DNA of 63,650 nucleotides, filler included, from Nemertoderma westbladi (taxonomy: Eukaryota > Animalia > Xenacoelomorpha), in assembly GCA_032718475.1 (NCBI GenBank). It is 4 parts of 4 records of this genome, joined end to end, with 100 filler letters (N's around TTAATTAATTAA, not from the genome) between each part and the next. Parts side by side here need not be neighbours in the genome. Positions count along the whole stretch, not along the records: positions 39,367 to 55,758 come from JAUCBJ010002589.1; positions 55,859 to 63,650 come from JAUCBJ010003111.1; 2 more parts are not named here. One strand, written 5' to 3'. Positions 48,055 to 59,666 of the stretch are shown here, piece after piece (position 1 is the stretch's first letter; the number at the start of each line of letters is the position of its first letter). Made by a program: the position numbers and the translations under genes. The notes beneath the pieces are model-generated. The model was not told where the DNA came from and did no database searches. It saw only the letters and a list, made by a program, of their open reading frames with translations.

Positions 48055-48256
48055 TGGTATCGATTGGGGGATCCTGAAGTTTGGTTGGAGGCAGCAACCC
48101 AAATCTTCTTCTCTCTCTCGCTCTCCTCTGGTGGCCTCATTGCGATGTCCAGCTATAATCCACCTGGTAACAACACCTTCCGTGACGCTATCCGTGTCTC
48201 AATAATTAACTGTCTTACTTCCATCTACGCTGGAACCGTGGTCTTTAGCATTCTAG
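48055..48256 (+). CDS. SLC6 transporter exon (TM6-TM7)
   Basis: [35 protein letters not shown]...[26 protein letters not shown]|gtaggt. Confidence 0.95.
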
Positions 48257-48410
48257 GTAGGTTCAAGTAAATGCGTTGTTACCGTAATTTAATAATAAAA
48301 TGTAATGGTTATTGGTTAAAATTGTCGCTGTTCTTGTATTACCGTTGAAAGCACTAACATACTATTAATAAATGGGTGGTGGTTTGTTTACCTTGATGGT
48401 TTGTTTAAAG

Positions 48411-51400
48411 GATTACATTAGCAATGCGGAGGTCCGGCCACTAGAGGCCAGTGGAATTACCAGACACAATCGGCCTCACAGGCGTCAGTTAACTCCTGAC
48501 CGGCTGCCTGTCTCACCCCCTACTGGAGAGAGAGCAGCCAATAATTCTTTGAGTCCCTTTCCTGATGACCTTTCTGGCCCAAACCCTGGGTCACCAGGGA
48601 GGCCAGATTGTGATGGGGAGAGGGATTCTGGAGTTGGAGGCTACTCTCATGTTCCACCCCGACCAACAAAGCCATTGGTGAATCTGAGGCAAGTCACTAG
48701 ACTAGCCTCAGTAAACACCCTAACACTCGGCTCCCCAATGCGACAAGTTGAGCTCACTGCCTTGGCAGATAAGCTTTATCTTAGCGCAGTGGGTGTTCAA
48801 GAGCACCGAATACAGACTGGACAGACTGATGAGGTTCTGATTAAGGACATGGGGGCGGTTGGCGACTCGCCCTCGCGTCAGCAGATGATAGTGGCAATGG
48901 TGGAATTGGTCTAATGGATGAATCCAACTGCACATGCAGCATTGGACAAAATAGACCAAATCTCTAACCGCATCATCCGTTGCCACTTTTCATGTTCTTC
49001 AAGAATGGCTAAGAAGTTTCCTAAGGTGGTTCTGATTGTGTGCTACTCTCCAACTAGTGTTGCCCCTGTAGAGGAGGTGGTAAATTTCTACCACAATCTA
49101 CAAGCAGCAACTGATCGAGTGGATCAGCATGCATTCTTAACATTCCTGGGAGACTTTAATGCAAGTCTGCCTCAATCACCTACATCGCCCTGGGTCTATA
49201 GCAATAGTGTTAACCGAAATTCTGTCCATCTTCCGGATTTTATCTCTGGAAATGTATTTTTTCGGCTGGAACCCAGTTCAGGAAGCGAACTGGAAAGCTA
49301 TGGACTCATAGTGGACCCAGTGGTCACAAGTCCCAGATAGACCATATTCTGTTTCGTAGGAAATACAGGAGCTCTATACAAGACTGTAATGTATTTACAC
49401 TTCGACCATTCTCCAGTGATCACCGCCTTATTGTGGCCAAGGTAAGACTAAGTATGCGTGCTAGCAGAACAACGAAATCTGCCTTGCCGCGGCATGACTG
49501 GTCCTCTCTGTTGCAACAGCCAAGTGTGAGATCCAGCTTCACACTACAGCTGAGCAACAGGTATGAGGCTCTTGCCTCTGAGGCGGCAGATCACTGTGAG
49601 GGCTATACTGCCTTTACAGAAGCAGTTAAGTTAGTAGCTGCAGAAACAGTTCCTGTATACCCTCGAAACAGGAAAAGGGCCCCCTGGACTGACAACAAAA
49701 TTCAGAAGTGCCGAAATGACCTTCATAAGGCGCAGGAAAAGTCCCGACTCAAACAGACTACAGCGGCCAAGAATGCAGTTAAGGCTGCATCTAGGTCCCT
49801 GAACAGGCAGTACTCTGTTAATCTACAGGAGGTAATAAACCAACCGGTTGATGCCATCAATGATGCTGACGACAGCAGGCAATCATCCCAGGCATGGAAA
49901 TCGATCAATTTGCTTACTGGGCGGAAAAGCCAACCAATCACCAAGGTTAAGGCTGAATCACCAGCTGATCGCCTCAATGGTTGGAAAGCCCACTTTGAAA
50001 AGCTCCTCAATAATGACAGGGTATTGCCTGATAACTTTATAGAAGTAAAAGTGTCTGAGTCTGTACTCCCAGATATTCCCGTTGGCGATATCTCCTTTGC
50101 AGAAGTGTTGGCTGCTGCAAAGAGCATTAAGACCAATCGTGCCAGTGGAGTAGATGGTGTTCCCCCTGAGGTCTTTAAAATACCTGAGTGTTTAAAGCTC
50201 ATCTATCCCATCATAGTAGACATGTACCGAACAACAAGAGTCCCACAAGAAATGAAAACAAATAAGTTGGTTCCAGTTCCCAAGAACGCAAGAAGGGCAA
50301 CCTAACACTCTATGGTTCTTTTCGTGGAATCTCATTGATCTCGATTGCTGCAAAGCTATACAATAGGATTCTATTAAATCGCATCAGGGATCCCATTGAG
50401 AGACTGCTCCGTGGAAATCAGAATGGGTTCCATAAAGGTCGTGGGACCATGGAGCCCATTTTGGCACTTAGAAGGATAATTGAAGAATTATCAAAAAAGA
50501 AAGACAGGCATCTGGCTGTTATCTTTGTTGACTTCTTCAAGGCCTTTGATTCAGTCTCTCGCTCACGTATGTTAAGCATACTTTCATTATATGGGATTCC
50601 TGATGAAGTTATTGCAGCAATCAGATCAGTATACGACAACATTTGTGTCTACTGTTGACGGTGACACAGAACCATTTGAAGTGTTATGGAGCGTCCTCCA
50701 AGGAGACACACTTGCACCATTCTTGTTCATTATTGTGGTTGACTATGTTCTACACATGTCCTTAGATCATCATAATGATGATGAGGTGATGATAACTCCA
50801 CCTACTGGCTCCAGAAGTCGAGGAAATCCTGCCAAGTACCTAACTGATCTAGACTTTGCTGATGACTTCGGAGTACTCTCAGAATCATTAGATGGAGCCC
50901 AACGGCTCCTCAGCTCATTAGAACATGCTGCTTCTAGTGTTCGTCTTTTTATTAACTCCAGAAAGACCACAATTTTGACAGTTAACTTTGAAAGTTCTCA
51001 GCAAGTCTTTGATCGGATGAGCATAAGCTCAAAGGATGGTATGTGTGAGCATGTGGACGACTTCTGTTACCTGGGATCATGGATCCGGAAGTCAGATGAG
51101 GACCTTCGAATACGCAGCCTTGAATAGGCATTCCAGGATTTGGAAGTCACCGAGAATTAATCGGAAACTTAAGGTCCGATTATTTAGAGCAGCATTAGTT
51201 CCAGTACTCCTCTACGGGAGTCCATGCTGGGCTCTAACTGCTGAGGACACCAAATCTCTGGATGGCACATTCACAAGAATGCTACGCCGGGTTCATTGTG
51301 TAAATTACAATGCACACATCTCCAACCAGACACTATATAACATTGGAGGTGTCTCATTGGTTCCCCCAAGCTTGACACTAGAACAAAATCGCCTCCGCTT

Positions 51401-51670
51401 TGCAGGACATTGCTTTCGCCGTGAGGACCAGCCAGTGCATAATCTTGTACTTTGGCAGCCTCATGGAGTGAATAAGCATGGTGACACATGGTGGACAGCC
51501 CATGACTTTCTTGAGACGCATCTCAAAGGACACTGGCCTTGAAGATGCGGATGATCTAGCAAATGTCATGGGTGATAGGGAGTTGTGGCGGTGCAATTTT
51601 GTTGACAAGCTGGCACAGCATTCTTAAAAATGCAGCTGCAATGCAGCATGCCGATCCTAGTAGTAGTAGT
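48411..51670 (+). mobile_element. RTE-clade LINE, 5'-truncated, frameshifted, copy 2
   Basis: APE and RT motifs (LDFADD); (TAG)n tail; TSD TTGTTTAAAGGA at 48401 and 51670. Confidence 0.9.
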
Positions 51671-51881
51671 TGTTTAAAGGAATTTGTTTGTTATTTTGAT
51701 ATTTGTAAATTTTTCGAAAATCCCTATTTTTGAATCTCTGTATATTATCTGTATATAATTATCTCAAAATAATCTTTAAAATCTCAACAATTAATGCTGC
51801 CAGATACCCTACCTAAAGGATAAATATACTTTTTAACGATTTGAATTCTTGACCAGATCAAAATTAAATAATTGCCGTATT

Positions 51882-52310
51882 TACTACTACTACTACTACT
51901 AGGTCGAGCGAGCTAGGACAATGGAAATGAGATCCTTCCAGGCTTGCCACTTCTCCATAGTTGTCGCAATTTCGTTTCTCTCAAGTCCAGTATCCTTTTC
52001 AAGTTGGTCTATATATATGTCATAGCCTGTCGTCCACAGCTATGCTTTCCTTGTTGCCAGAAAAGTGGATCTGGTATGACCTCAAGTTTAATTCTCCAGC
52101 AGTGCCCACTGAATCTTAATCTGCGTTCATGGGAGAGTGGTTGATATAGGTGGTACTACCATAAAGCTTTGTGTTTGTCATGTGTTGTCTCCAGCTCATT
52201 TTATGGTTTCCTTTAGTACTCTTTGAAACAACCATAAATTCGATAAGTAATTTCGTCAGTGTCCAGGCATGACCTACTATAATACGACCTGGTATGCTGC
52301 AGCAGCCCAC
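51882..52310 (-). mobile_element. 3' fragment of a second RTE subfamily
   Basis: (TAG)n tail; RLRFSGHCWR..FWQQGKHSCGRQAMTYIDQLEKDTGL on the minus strand. Confidence 0.7.
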
Positions 52311-53200
52311 TAAATTTAGTGGGCCTACTTATTATCTTTATAAAAAATGGTTGTTTCTTAATTACTTCCTACAAGAAGCTTCTAATAACTTAGTTAAATA
52401 AAGAAATTAATTAAAGATAAATCAGGAGTTCTCTACGCTGTCGCTTGTCTGTCCTTTATTATGTTTTATGCCTACAACTGTACTGTCACTCACTGTTAGT
52501 CAGTTAGTTCAGTAGTTACCGGTATCTGATAGCCCAGTAGCCTCGGTCCTGTAGTCTATTATGTATTACTGTATTAATTCTGTGTAGTGTTATTATTGCA
52601 TAATTTGCAATAATATGCTGTATTCTGGTATTGGCCATACAGCAATAATACTGTAATACTGTAATAGAGTTGCTGCACTCGGCCTGTCAACGCAGCCGGC
52701 TGGCCGTCGTCGAAATATTTGTATTACTGTATTAGGGCCTATCTGCCTATTGCAGTATTGTATTATTACTGTATTATCGGTAGGCCTAATTATTAATACT
52801 TTTTTTACACCTGGCAGAGCATTTCACAGAGCCGGCGCAGGATTTTGTGCACCGGGCCACCCCCACCTGGCGTGGCTTCGCACTGATCCGGCGCAAGATT
52901 TTTTGCACCAGGCCAGCAGGCGGCGCAAGATTTTTTGCACCAGGCGCCGCGTTCGGCGCAGGAAATAAAACTTTTCAACAGGGCCCGTACCGCCGTACCT
53001 ACCTGCCTAGCCTACTACAGTACTAGGCCTATATCTACAGACCAGTTTGGCATCAGTTGGACGACATATACACTCCGTCCACCGTCAGTCCGTCCGTTTT
53101 TGCCTCTTTGTTATAGGCTAGGCTTCTATTAGGCCTACCTGATTACACTACCAACTACCAGTAGGCTAAATTTATATTGCTGTATTTAACTAAATATATA

Positions 53201-54660
53201 ATGGTTGGAAAGTGTTGCGTAGTTGGGTGTAGGTCGGGATATTCGTCAGAAGCTTCGCCAGGAACTGGAACTCCCTCAATGTTTAGTTTCCCGAAACAAC
53301 CCGATGTGCGGTGCCGGTGGATCCAGTTTACGTCGAATAGACATACACAACGACATCGTCTGCCACAGTGACATCGCCATGGGCCCCATCTGATCACTCC
53401 AAGGTGTGTATTTTACATTTTGAGGATCAATGGATCAACAGGAATGCCCAACGTTTAACGCTAAAATCCGGTGCGTTTCCTTCGATATACCCGGCCTGTA
53501 TCCCTGTATCCTCTATAAAACAAGTAACTCTTGAAAACCCTTGAAACGAGTGTATCAGCGGGATGAGATGGAAGAGTTCAGTAAGAGAACTCGAGTTTTG
53601 TCTCTTACTGATATCCGGTTGTATTTAGAGGCGTCGATTGAGTTTGAGGAGTACGAGGTAAAAGTCAATGAGAATTCCGTGTCGATCTTTAGGTTGATCT
53701 TTAGTTTAGGCATTCCTTCAGTACACGAATGTCTCACTATTGATGACGACCTTCATGTTCACCTTTCCTATGAGGGTGTCCCTCTTCCACTACCATCATG
53801 GTTGCGAGCAACTCATAACTGTATAATAACATCAACAACTGTTATTTCCGAACTACTCAATTACTGCCGGACTAATAAGGATGAATCTGACTCAGTTATT
53901 CGGAGTCTGTTGGCCTTAAAGTTGTCCAAACCTAAAGGTCGCCCAAAGTACACGGCTGAGCAGATCAGATTCGCATTGCTACTCCGGTACACCTCGGTTA
54001 ATGCGTATAAGATACTCGCAACTCAAGTCCCTCTTCCTTCGCTGAGACTTCTCCGAAGTATTACATCTGGAAACGTAGACTCGATGGCTGCATTAACTGC
54101 TCTCAGAACCTCGGGAAAGATCTCTAACGATGTTGTGTTGATCGTGGATGAGATTATATTGCAACAGCAGGAAATGTATAGCGACGGACATTTATACGGG
54201 AAAGATTCTGATTCGGACAAACTTTACACTGGACTTATGTGTTATATGGTGTCGTCAATGAAACAGTCGATCCCAGTTATTATTCACGCTGTTCCGGTGG
54301 TTACTGCCAATAAAGAGGTTATTAAGACGGGGATTGAGACATGTAGAAAGTTAATATCACAAACTAAATTTAACTTGCTTGCTGTTATTGGTGATAATGC
54401 GCCTGTTAACGTTGCTGCTTATAGCAAACTGTCAGAATCTATGGACATAAATGCGCCTCACTTAATGTATGACCCGGTTCATATTCTTAAGAATATTCGA
54501 AACAACCTTGCTTCAATGGGATGGTTTAAGATCAATAAGTCATTTAAATACTCTCTTAATAGCACGGTATATACTGTTCCTCCCGGTGTTATTAAATGGC
54601 AACATTTAATGGCAAACAAGGTCGAGGAACGGGACAGTTGCACTTCCTCACATCTACGAT
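53201..54660 (+). pseudogene. THAP-domain P-element-type transposase, frameshifted and 3'-truncated
   Basis: MVGKCCVVGC..FSFPK..RW..VCILHF..LKSGAFPSI (THAP); FALLLRYTS..AY..LPLPS; LIVDEI; GDNAPVN; DPVHILKNIRNN. Confidence 0.85.
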
Positions 54661-55639
54661 TGGCATTAGCAGCAGCGCTTGCATTACTCCAACACTTTTG
54701 TGTCAACTCGGAGTTTAGATTTGGCAGTGACGCTCACACGGCAGTTAACAAGAACATTGTATTTAGAACTGTTGTTAATGTGTTTGGTAACAACAAGTGT
54801 ATTGATGAGTCACAGTCAGTGCGAGAGGATTCCGTTAAAATATTCAAAACACGCCAGCGAGAAAAAAAGCTTTAAATAAAAAAAGTTTAAATCTCGGACA
54901 GACGTGACTTTATTGAGATATTTCTCTACAGAGGGGTCACTATACTGCCGTTGTTTGGCAATACACCCTATCTCAAAATTTTCAAAAAAAATTTTATTTG
55001 ACCAATTGGGGTAACTTGACACGCTCTTTTCAATGAAACTAAGAAAAGTGGGGTGTTCCTTTCACGAAATCTGATTTTTTCAATCTTAAAACACCCCGTG
55101 GCAGCATCTTAAATCAACAGCTTCGAGGCAAAACACCCCATAGCTAAATTAGACCATATAGGGTGCTTTGCCTTGTTAACTCTGTCGACCAAATAACCCT
55201 ATCCTTGAGTTAGGGTTTTTTGCCTTGCGCTTTACTTTTAAGCCAATCAATTATTTAAGGAATTGACCAATCAGAAGTAATATCCTTTGTCATTTAATAA
55301 TATTTATTTACACTACTTAAAGAAGTAACACTGTCTGGCGGGAAATTAATTTTAGTTATTTTAATTTGACCTGGCGCTAATTAATTTAGCCTATCTAGTT
55401 ATATTGATTTTTGTTAGGAATGTACTCTTTATTACAACCAACAGTGTACTAACAGTCTTGTAAGTTTTAAGGGGAAATGGAGTTGACAATAATGACGAGG
55501 AAGATAATCTGGATACGTTTTTTGGATTTGTTATTACATCAGAAGGAGAATAGGAACTGGGACAAATGAAGTAGTTGGACGCGGGCCTGGGATGGGTGAT
55601 GTAGTGTTAGGTACTGGGGAAACGGAGGGTGAAGAATAT

Positions 55640-55758
55640 GGAGCTCTTGTTGGAACTGGGGAAGGTGGAATGGTTGTTGGAGCTGGGGCAAGTGGAATGG
55701 TTGTTGGAGCTGGGGAAAGTGGAATGGTTGTTGGAACTGGGGAAGGTGGAATGGTTGC
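55640..55758 (-). repeat. 27-bp tandem repeat, possibly Pro/Thr-rich coding, cut by a gap
   Basis: TTGGAACTGGGGAAGGTGGAATGGTTG units; minus frame reads TTIPPSPVP. Confidence 0.6.
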
Positions 55759-56872
55759 NNNNNNNNNNNNNNNNNNNNNNNNNNNNNNNNNNNNNNNNNN
55801 NNTTAATTAATTAANNNNNNNNNNNNNNNNNNNNNNNNNNNNNNNNNNNNNNNNNNNNCTTCAGACCTAATAATAGCTAGCTCTGGAATAATTAAAGTTT
55901 TACTAAAAGTTCCAACTAGTGGTCCAGATAACACATACCCAGTTTTGTAAAATTTTATCGCTAAGTCTATGTCCAAATGAATAATTTTTGTATAAAAACA
56001 TCTGTTTTCAGCGGTTGTCATGGTAACTGAAAAATAGAACAATGTAATTCGGATGCAGAATAAGTTATATAGTGGGGGTAGGGATTGGTCCCAAGTCATA
56101 ACACCTTGCCCGTAGGCCTCAAATTAACATTTTATAAATTTTAACATCTGTTTATCCCGGTTGCCAAGGTAACTGGATTTTCTATTTAGCCTCAATCGGA
56201 TCTGCTATGGACCTTATAGTTGTGTTGCGAAACCCCAAGTTTATATCTATTATAGTTTTCCTACAAATAGAGTTATAAAGATTGACTTGAAATACATAGA
56301 CTTTTTTTGAAGTCCGTTTCCATGGAAACCAGATTTTTCCTGGATATGAGACCCGGCCCAAAAGATGCGCCTCGCCGAGTAGTATATACATGCAAAATTT
56401 CAGGGTACTTTTAAAGGCTAGTTTTTTCCGGAATCAAAAAAAACCAAATCTGCCCCACACAAGTAAAATAGCCCACTATGAATAGACCATCTCAGCTAAG
56501 GAAAATCTTTCTTAGCGAAAGTAGTTGATTTTCCTTAACTTCGTGGATTTTCAAAAGGAACTACAGTATAAAAAATTGAAATTATATAAAAATTAACAAA
56601 TGCTATGATAACAAATTTGTAGGGGAAAGTAGGAGAACGGAGCCAGTAGTGTCGAAAATAATAGCTATGCTTATCTAAAACATAGCTACTATAAAATTTA
56701 GTTGCTTTAATATGAAAGGGATCATTGAAGGAATTGCAGCAAGAATAATGTGAATTTCCAGAACTCTACTCATATTATCAGGTCTCAATCTTTAAAATCG
56801 GTTCCAGATTTACTATACCTAACTACTTTCCACGTATGCAAGGCCTCTCTGTACATTACTGTCGCTGTCTTA

Positions 56873-57062
56873 GGCCGCGTTCACACTACCGAGTCAAAGT
56901 CAAAGTCAAAAGACAAAATGTAAAAAAAATAACAAGAAAGTAATTTTTTTCTAGAACGCCATTATGTATTATATTAGGCCTATATAATGTATTATTATTT
57001 ATTATTGCTAGCTAGCTATATTTATTTTCTTTTGACTTTGACTCAGTAGTGTGAACGCGGCC
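56873..57062. mobile_element. PIF/Harbinger MITE
   Basis: TIR GGCCGCGTTCACACTAC.GAGTCAAAGTCAAA / TTTGACTTTGACTCAGTAGTGTGAACGCGGCC; TTA/TAA flanks. Confidence 0.8.
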
Positions 57063-57675
57063 TAACGGGATCATCTGCTGGTAACAACTCTGTAATAAGT
57101 TCTAAACAAAGCCGTTGTGAACTGTAACCATGGTAGCTAGTGCATGGAACCTATTAATATGCAAATATTTTATATTTTATTATTATATTCTAATTGATTG
57201 GCCGTAACTAAGCCACCAAAAGCGGGATAGGATTAATAACTGGTTATTTTCCCCAGGGCCAATTTCAAATATTTTTTTACATAGCCCACCATTGCATTGT
57301 ATTGTTATTTTAAACAGTTTTTAATGGGGAATAACTCTCTTTGTTGACTGATCTAGTTATGTATTTACATAGTTAGTTATTGTAGTTACATGGTTTGTTT
57401 TATATCGTAAATGGTTTGATTGTTAAAATCGTGTTGTCTTGGAAACAACAATAATAATTTGAAAAGTTTTTTTGGAAAGAAATCGGGAGTTATTAAAATT
57501 ATTTAACTGGTATGTAAAGAGCGACAAATAAAAATAAAAGGGCAGTCAGCTTATCGTCAGGTTTCGCCCCAGACTGTACTGGGGGGTTTTCTTTAATTAA
57601 GCGATAAGTGCGGAGGATTGTAGGCAGAATTGATATTAGTTAATGTCGTAACCACCCAACCATTGGGAAGCAGCA

Positions 57676-58322
57676 TGTGACGGGATCAGAGATCCCGACC
57701 GGGTGAATTGTTATACGCGTCACCGTTGGCTGGGATGGTGTTAACAGCTTGGCTGAGGCCGTTGGAGAAAATGATAAGAGTTTGATGTTGTCTCTTGGTG
57801 TTATAATATATGATAGCAATTAATATGGCAGAAATAATAGATACCGGTATAACTGATGACAGCCGATGATGATGACGGTGAATAATGTTACCGGTCTGCA
57901 TCAAACTGACTAACTAACTAACTGACTAACAAACCGGTAATGGGGGTTAATATATGATTGATATACCAATATTGCTTCACCTCCTACACTACTTTGGCCT
58001 GTTACCTAATGGATGCTCTCCTGTGCCCTATCACGTGCTTTCCTCCCCCCTTATTGGCTAATATCCTACTTGTCACCCTTGCACTCTCTGGGAGTGTTTC
58101 CCCTCTGCTGCTAGCCTCTACCAGCTGTGTCCCCTCCGAGGTGGTTTGACCTCTAATCTTCCTTTGTGTGTGGCTTCGGGGCTTGTGTTCCCCCCCCCCC
58201 CCCCCCAAATGTTGGTTGTGATACGAGATTAATACTGCTAATCTCGTATCTCCAACATATTGCTGAAAATGCCACTATCCCATTTTCTGGTGGGTAATGA
58301 GGCGGAATTGAATCCGCTTACT
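57676..58322 (-). repeat. 3' LTR of BEL/Pao element 2
   Basis: 58209-58321 is identical to 62588-62700; PPT GGGGGGGAG adjacent. Confidence 0.8.
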
Positions 58323-59064
58323 CTCCCCCCCATGCTATCTTCCCGGTGAGAAGATAGCATCAACCTCTAGTGCGCTTCAATTCCGCTGGAACCCGATCTA
58401 CTATTGGGTGTGGGGTAGAGTTCTTTTGTCGGAGTCGGCTTTCCAGGCCGCTCCCTCTGGGTATGATATTGCTACCCCTTCTTGGTGCAATCGCAACCTA
58501 TGTTGCACCAAGACATCTGACATCTCTGTTCGAGACAATTGTGGACTCCTTGCACACAATTTTATACCACCTCTCTCTGAACTCACTCTAACTTCACGCC
58601 ACTCTACATCCTATGGACCCTATCGTCCCTCGCTCTCTTTCCCTCTCCCCACTCGCTCCCACGCTTGAATTGCACTCCTCTCACTCCCTCATTGTGTCAA
58701 CACCTCCTCTCCATGCTTCCCCCCGATTCCCCATTCTCGTTTTCATTCCCTATATACTTATTGGGTCCCACACATGTGCGCATCATGTTGGTGGAACCCG
58801 TCTAAGTCCCGTCCTGCCGCCCTAGTCAAATAGTCCCCAGTCCCAGTAGCTAATTGGAAAAAGGTTGTACTTGACTACGGTGCATATTATACCTCCCTTC
58901 CTTCTTTCGTGCCAATACCCCCTAACTTTATTTTAGATTTTGTTTTATCTATATTTCCCTCTATTCTGTGCTATCATCGTACCTACCTCTCTAACTTGTT
59001 TCTTACTATGTACTTACTACTTACTACTATGGTATGTTATATCCATATACCATATTCTCTACTC

Positions 59065-59410
59065 TATTACTGCTAACTCTACTAACTCTACTAATTCTAC
59101 TAACTCTACTAATTCTACTAACTCTACTAATTCCAACGGTACTATGTACCCTCCTACTACCCTCGTGGTATGTCTAAATACCACACTCCCTGTTCTTCTA
59201 AATCTAATGGTACTATCTACCCTCCTACTCCCGTGGTATGTTCATATACCACACTCCCTATACTTCTAACCCTAACGGTACTATGTACCCTCCTACTCCC
59301 GTGGTATGTCTCTATACCACACTCCCTATACTTCTAACTCTAACGGTACTATGTACCCTCCTACTCCCGTGGTATGTTTGTATACCACACTCCCTATACT
59401 TCTAACTCTC
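59065..59410. repeat. 9-bp and about 67-bp tandem repeats in the BEL 3' non-coding region
   Basis: (ACTAACTCT)n; GGTACTATGTACCCTCCTACTCCCGTGGTATG...ATACCACACTCCC x4. Confidence 0.8.
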
Positions 59411-59666
59411 CTCTTACTCTTACTAACTTCTACTAACTTTCTTACTTCTTACTAACTTTCTAACTACTACTAACTTCTGCTAACTTTCTAACTATTACTT
59501 AGTGCTACGTACTATCTACTACTATCACTTTCTAACTTTCTACTTTCTCACTTCTTAATTTTATTATTTTTATTATTTTATTTTATTTTATTTTTTTATT
59601 TGTGTGGGAGGGGCGTCTCGCCCGCATTCCCACCCTCTTCAGTCCAACATATTGGACGACTAAACT

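Noticed and set aside
54660-54875. Novel C-terminal domain on the P-type transposase ORF
   Set aside because: Similarity ends at about HLRLA; the tail is probably read-through into unrelated sequence
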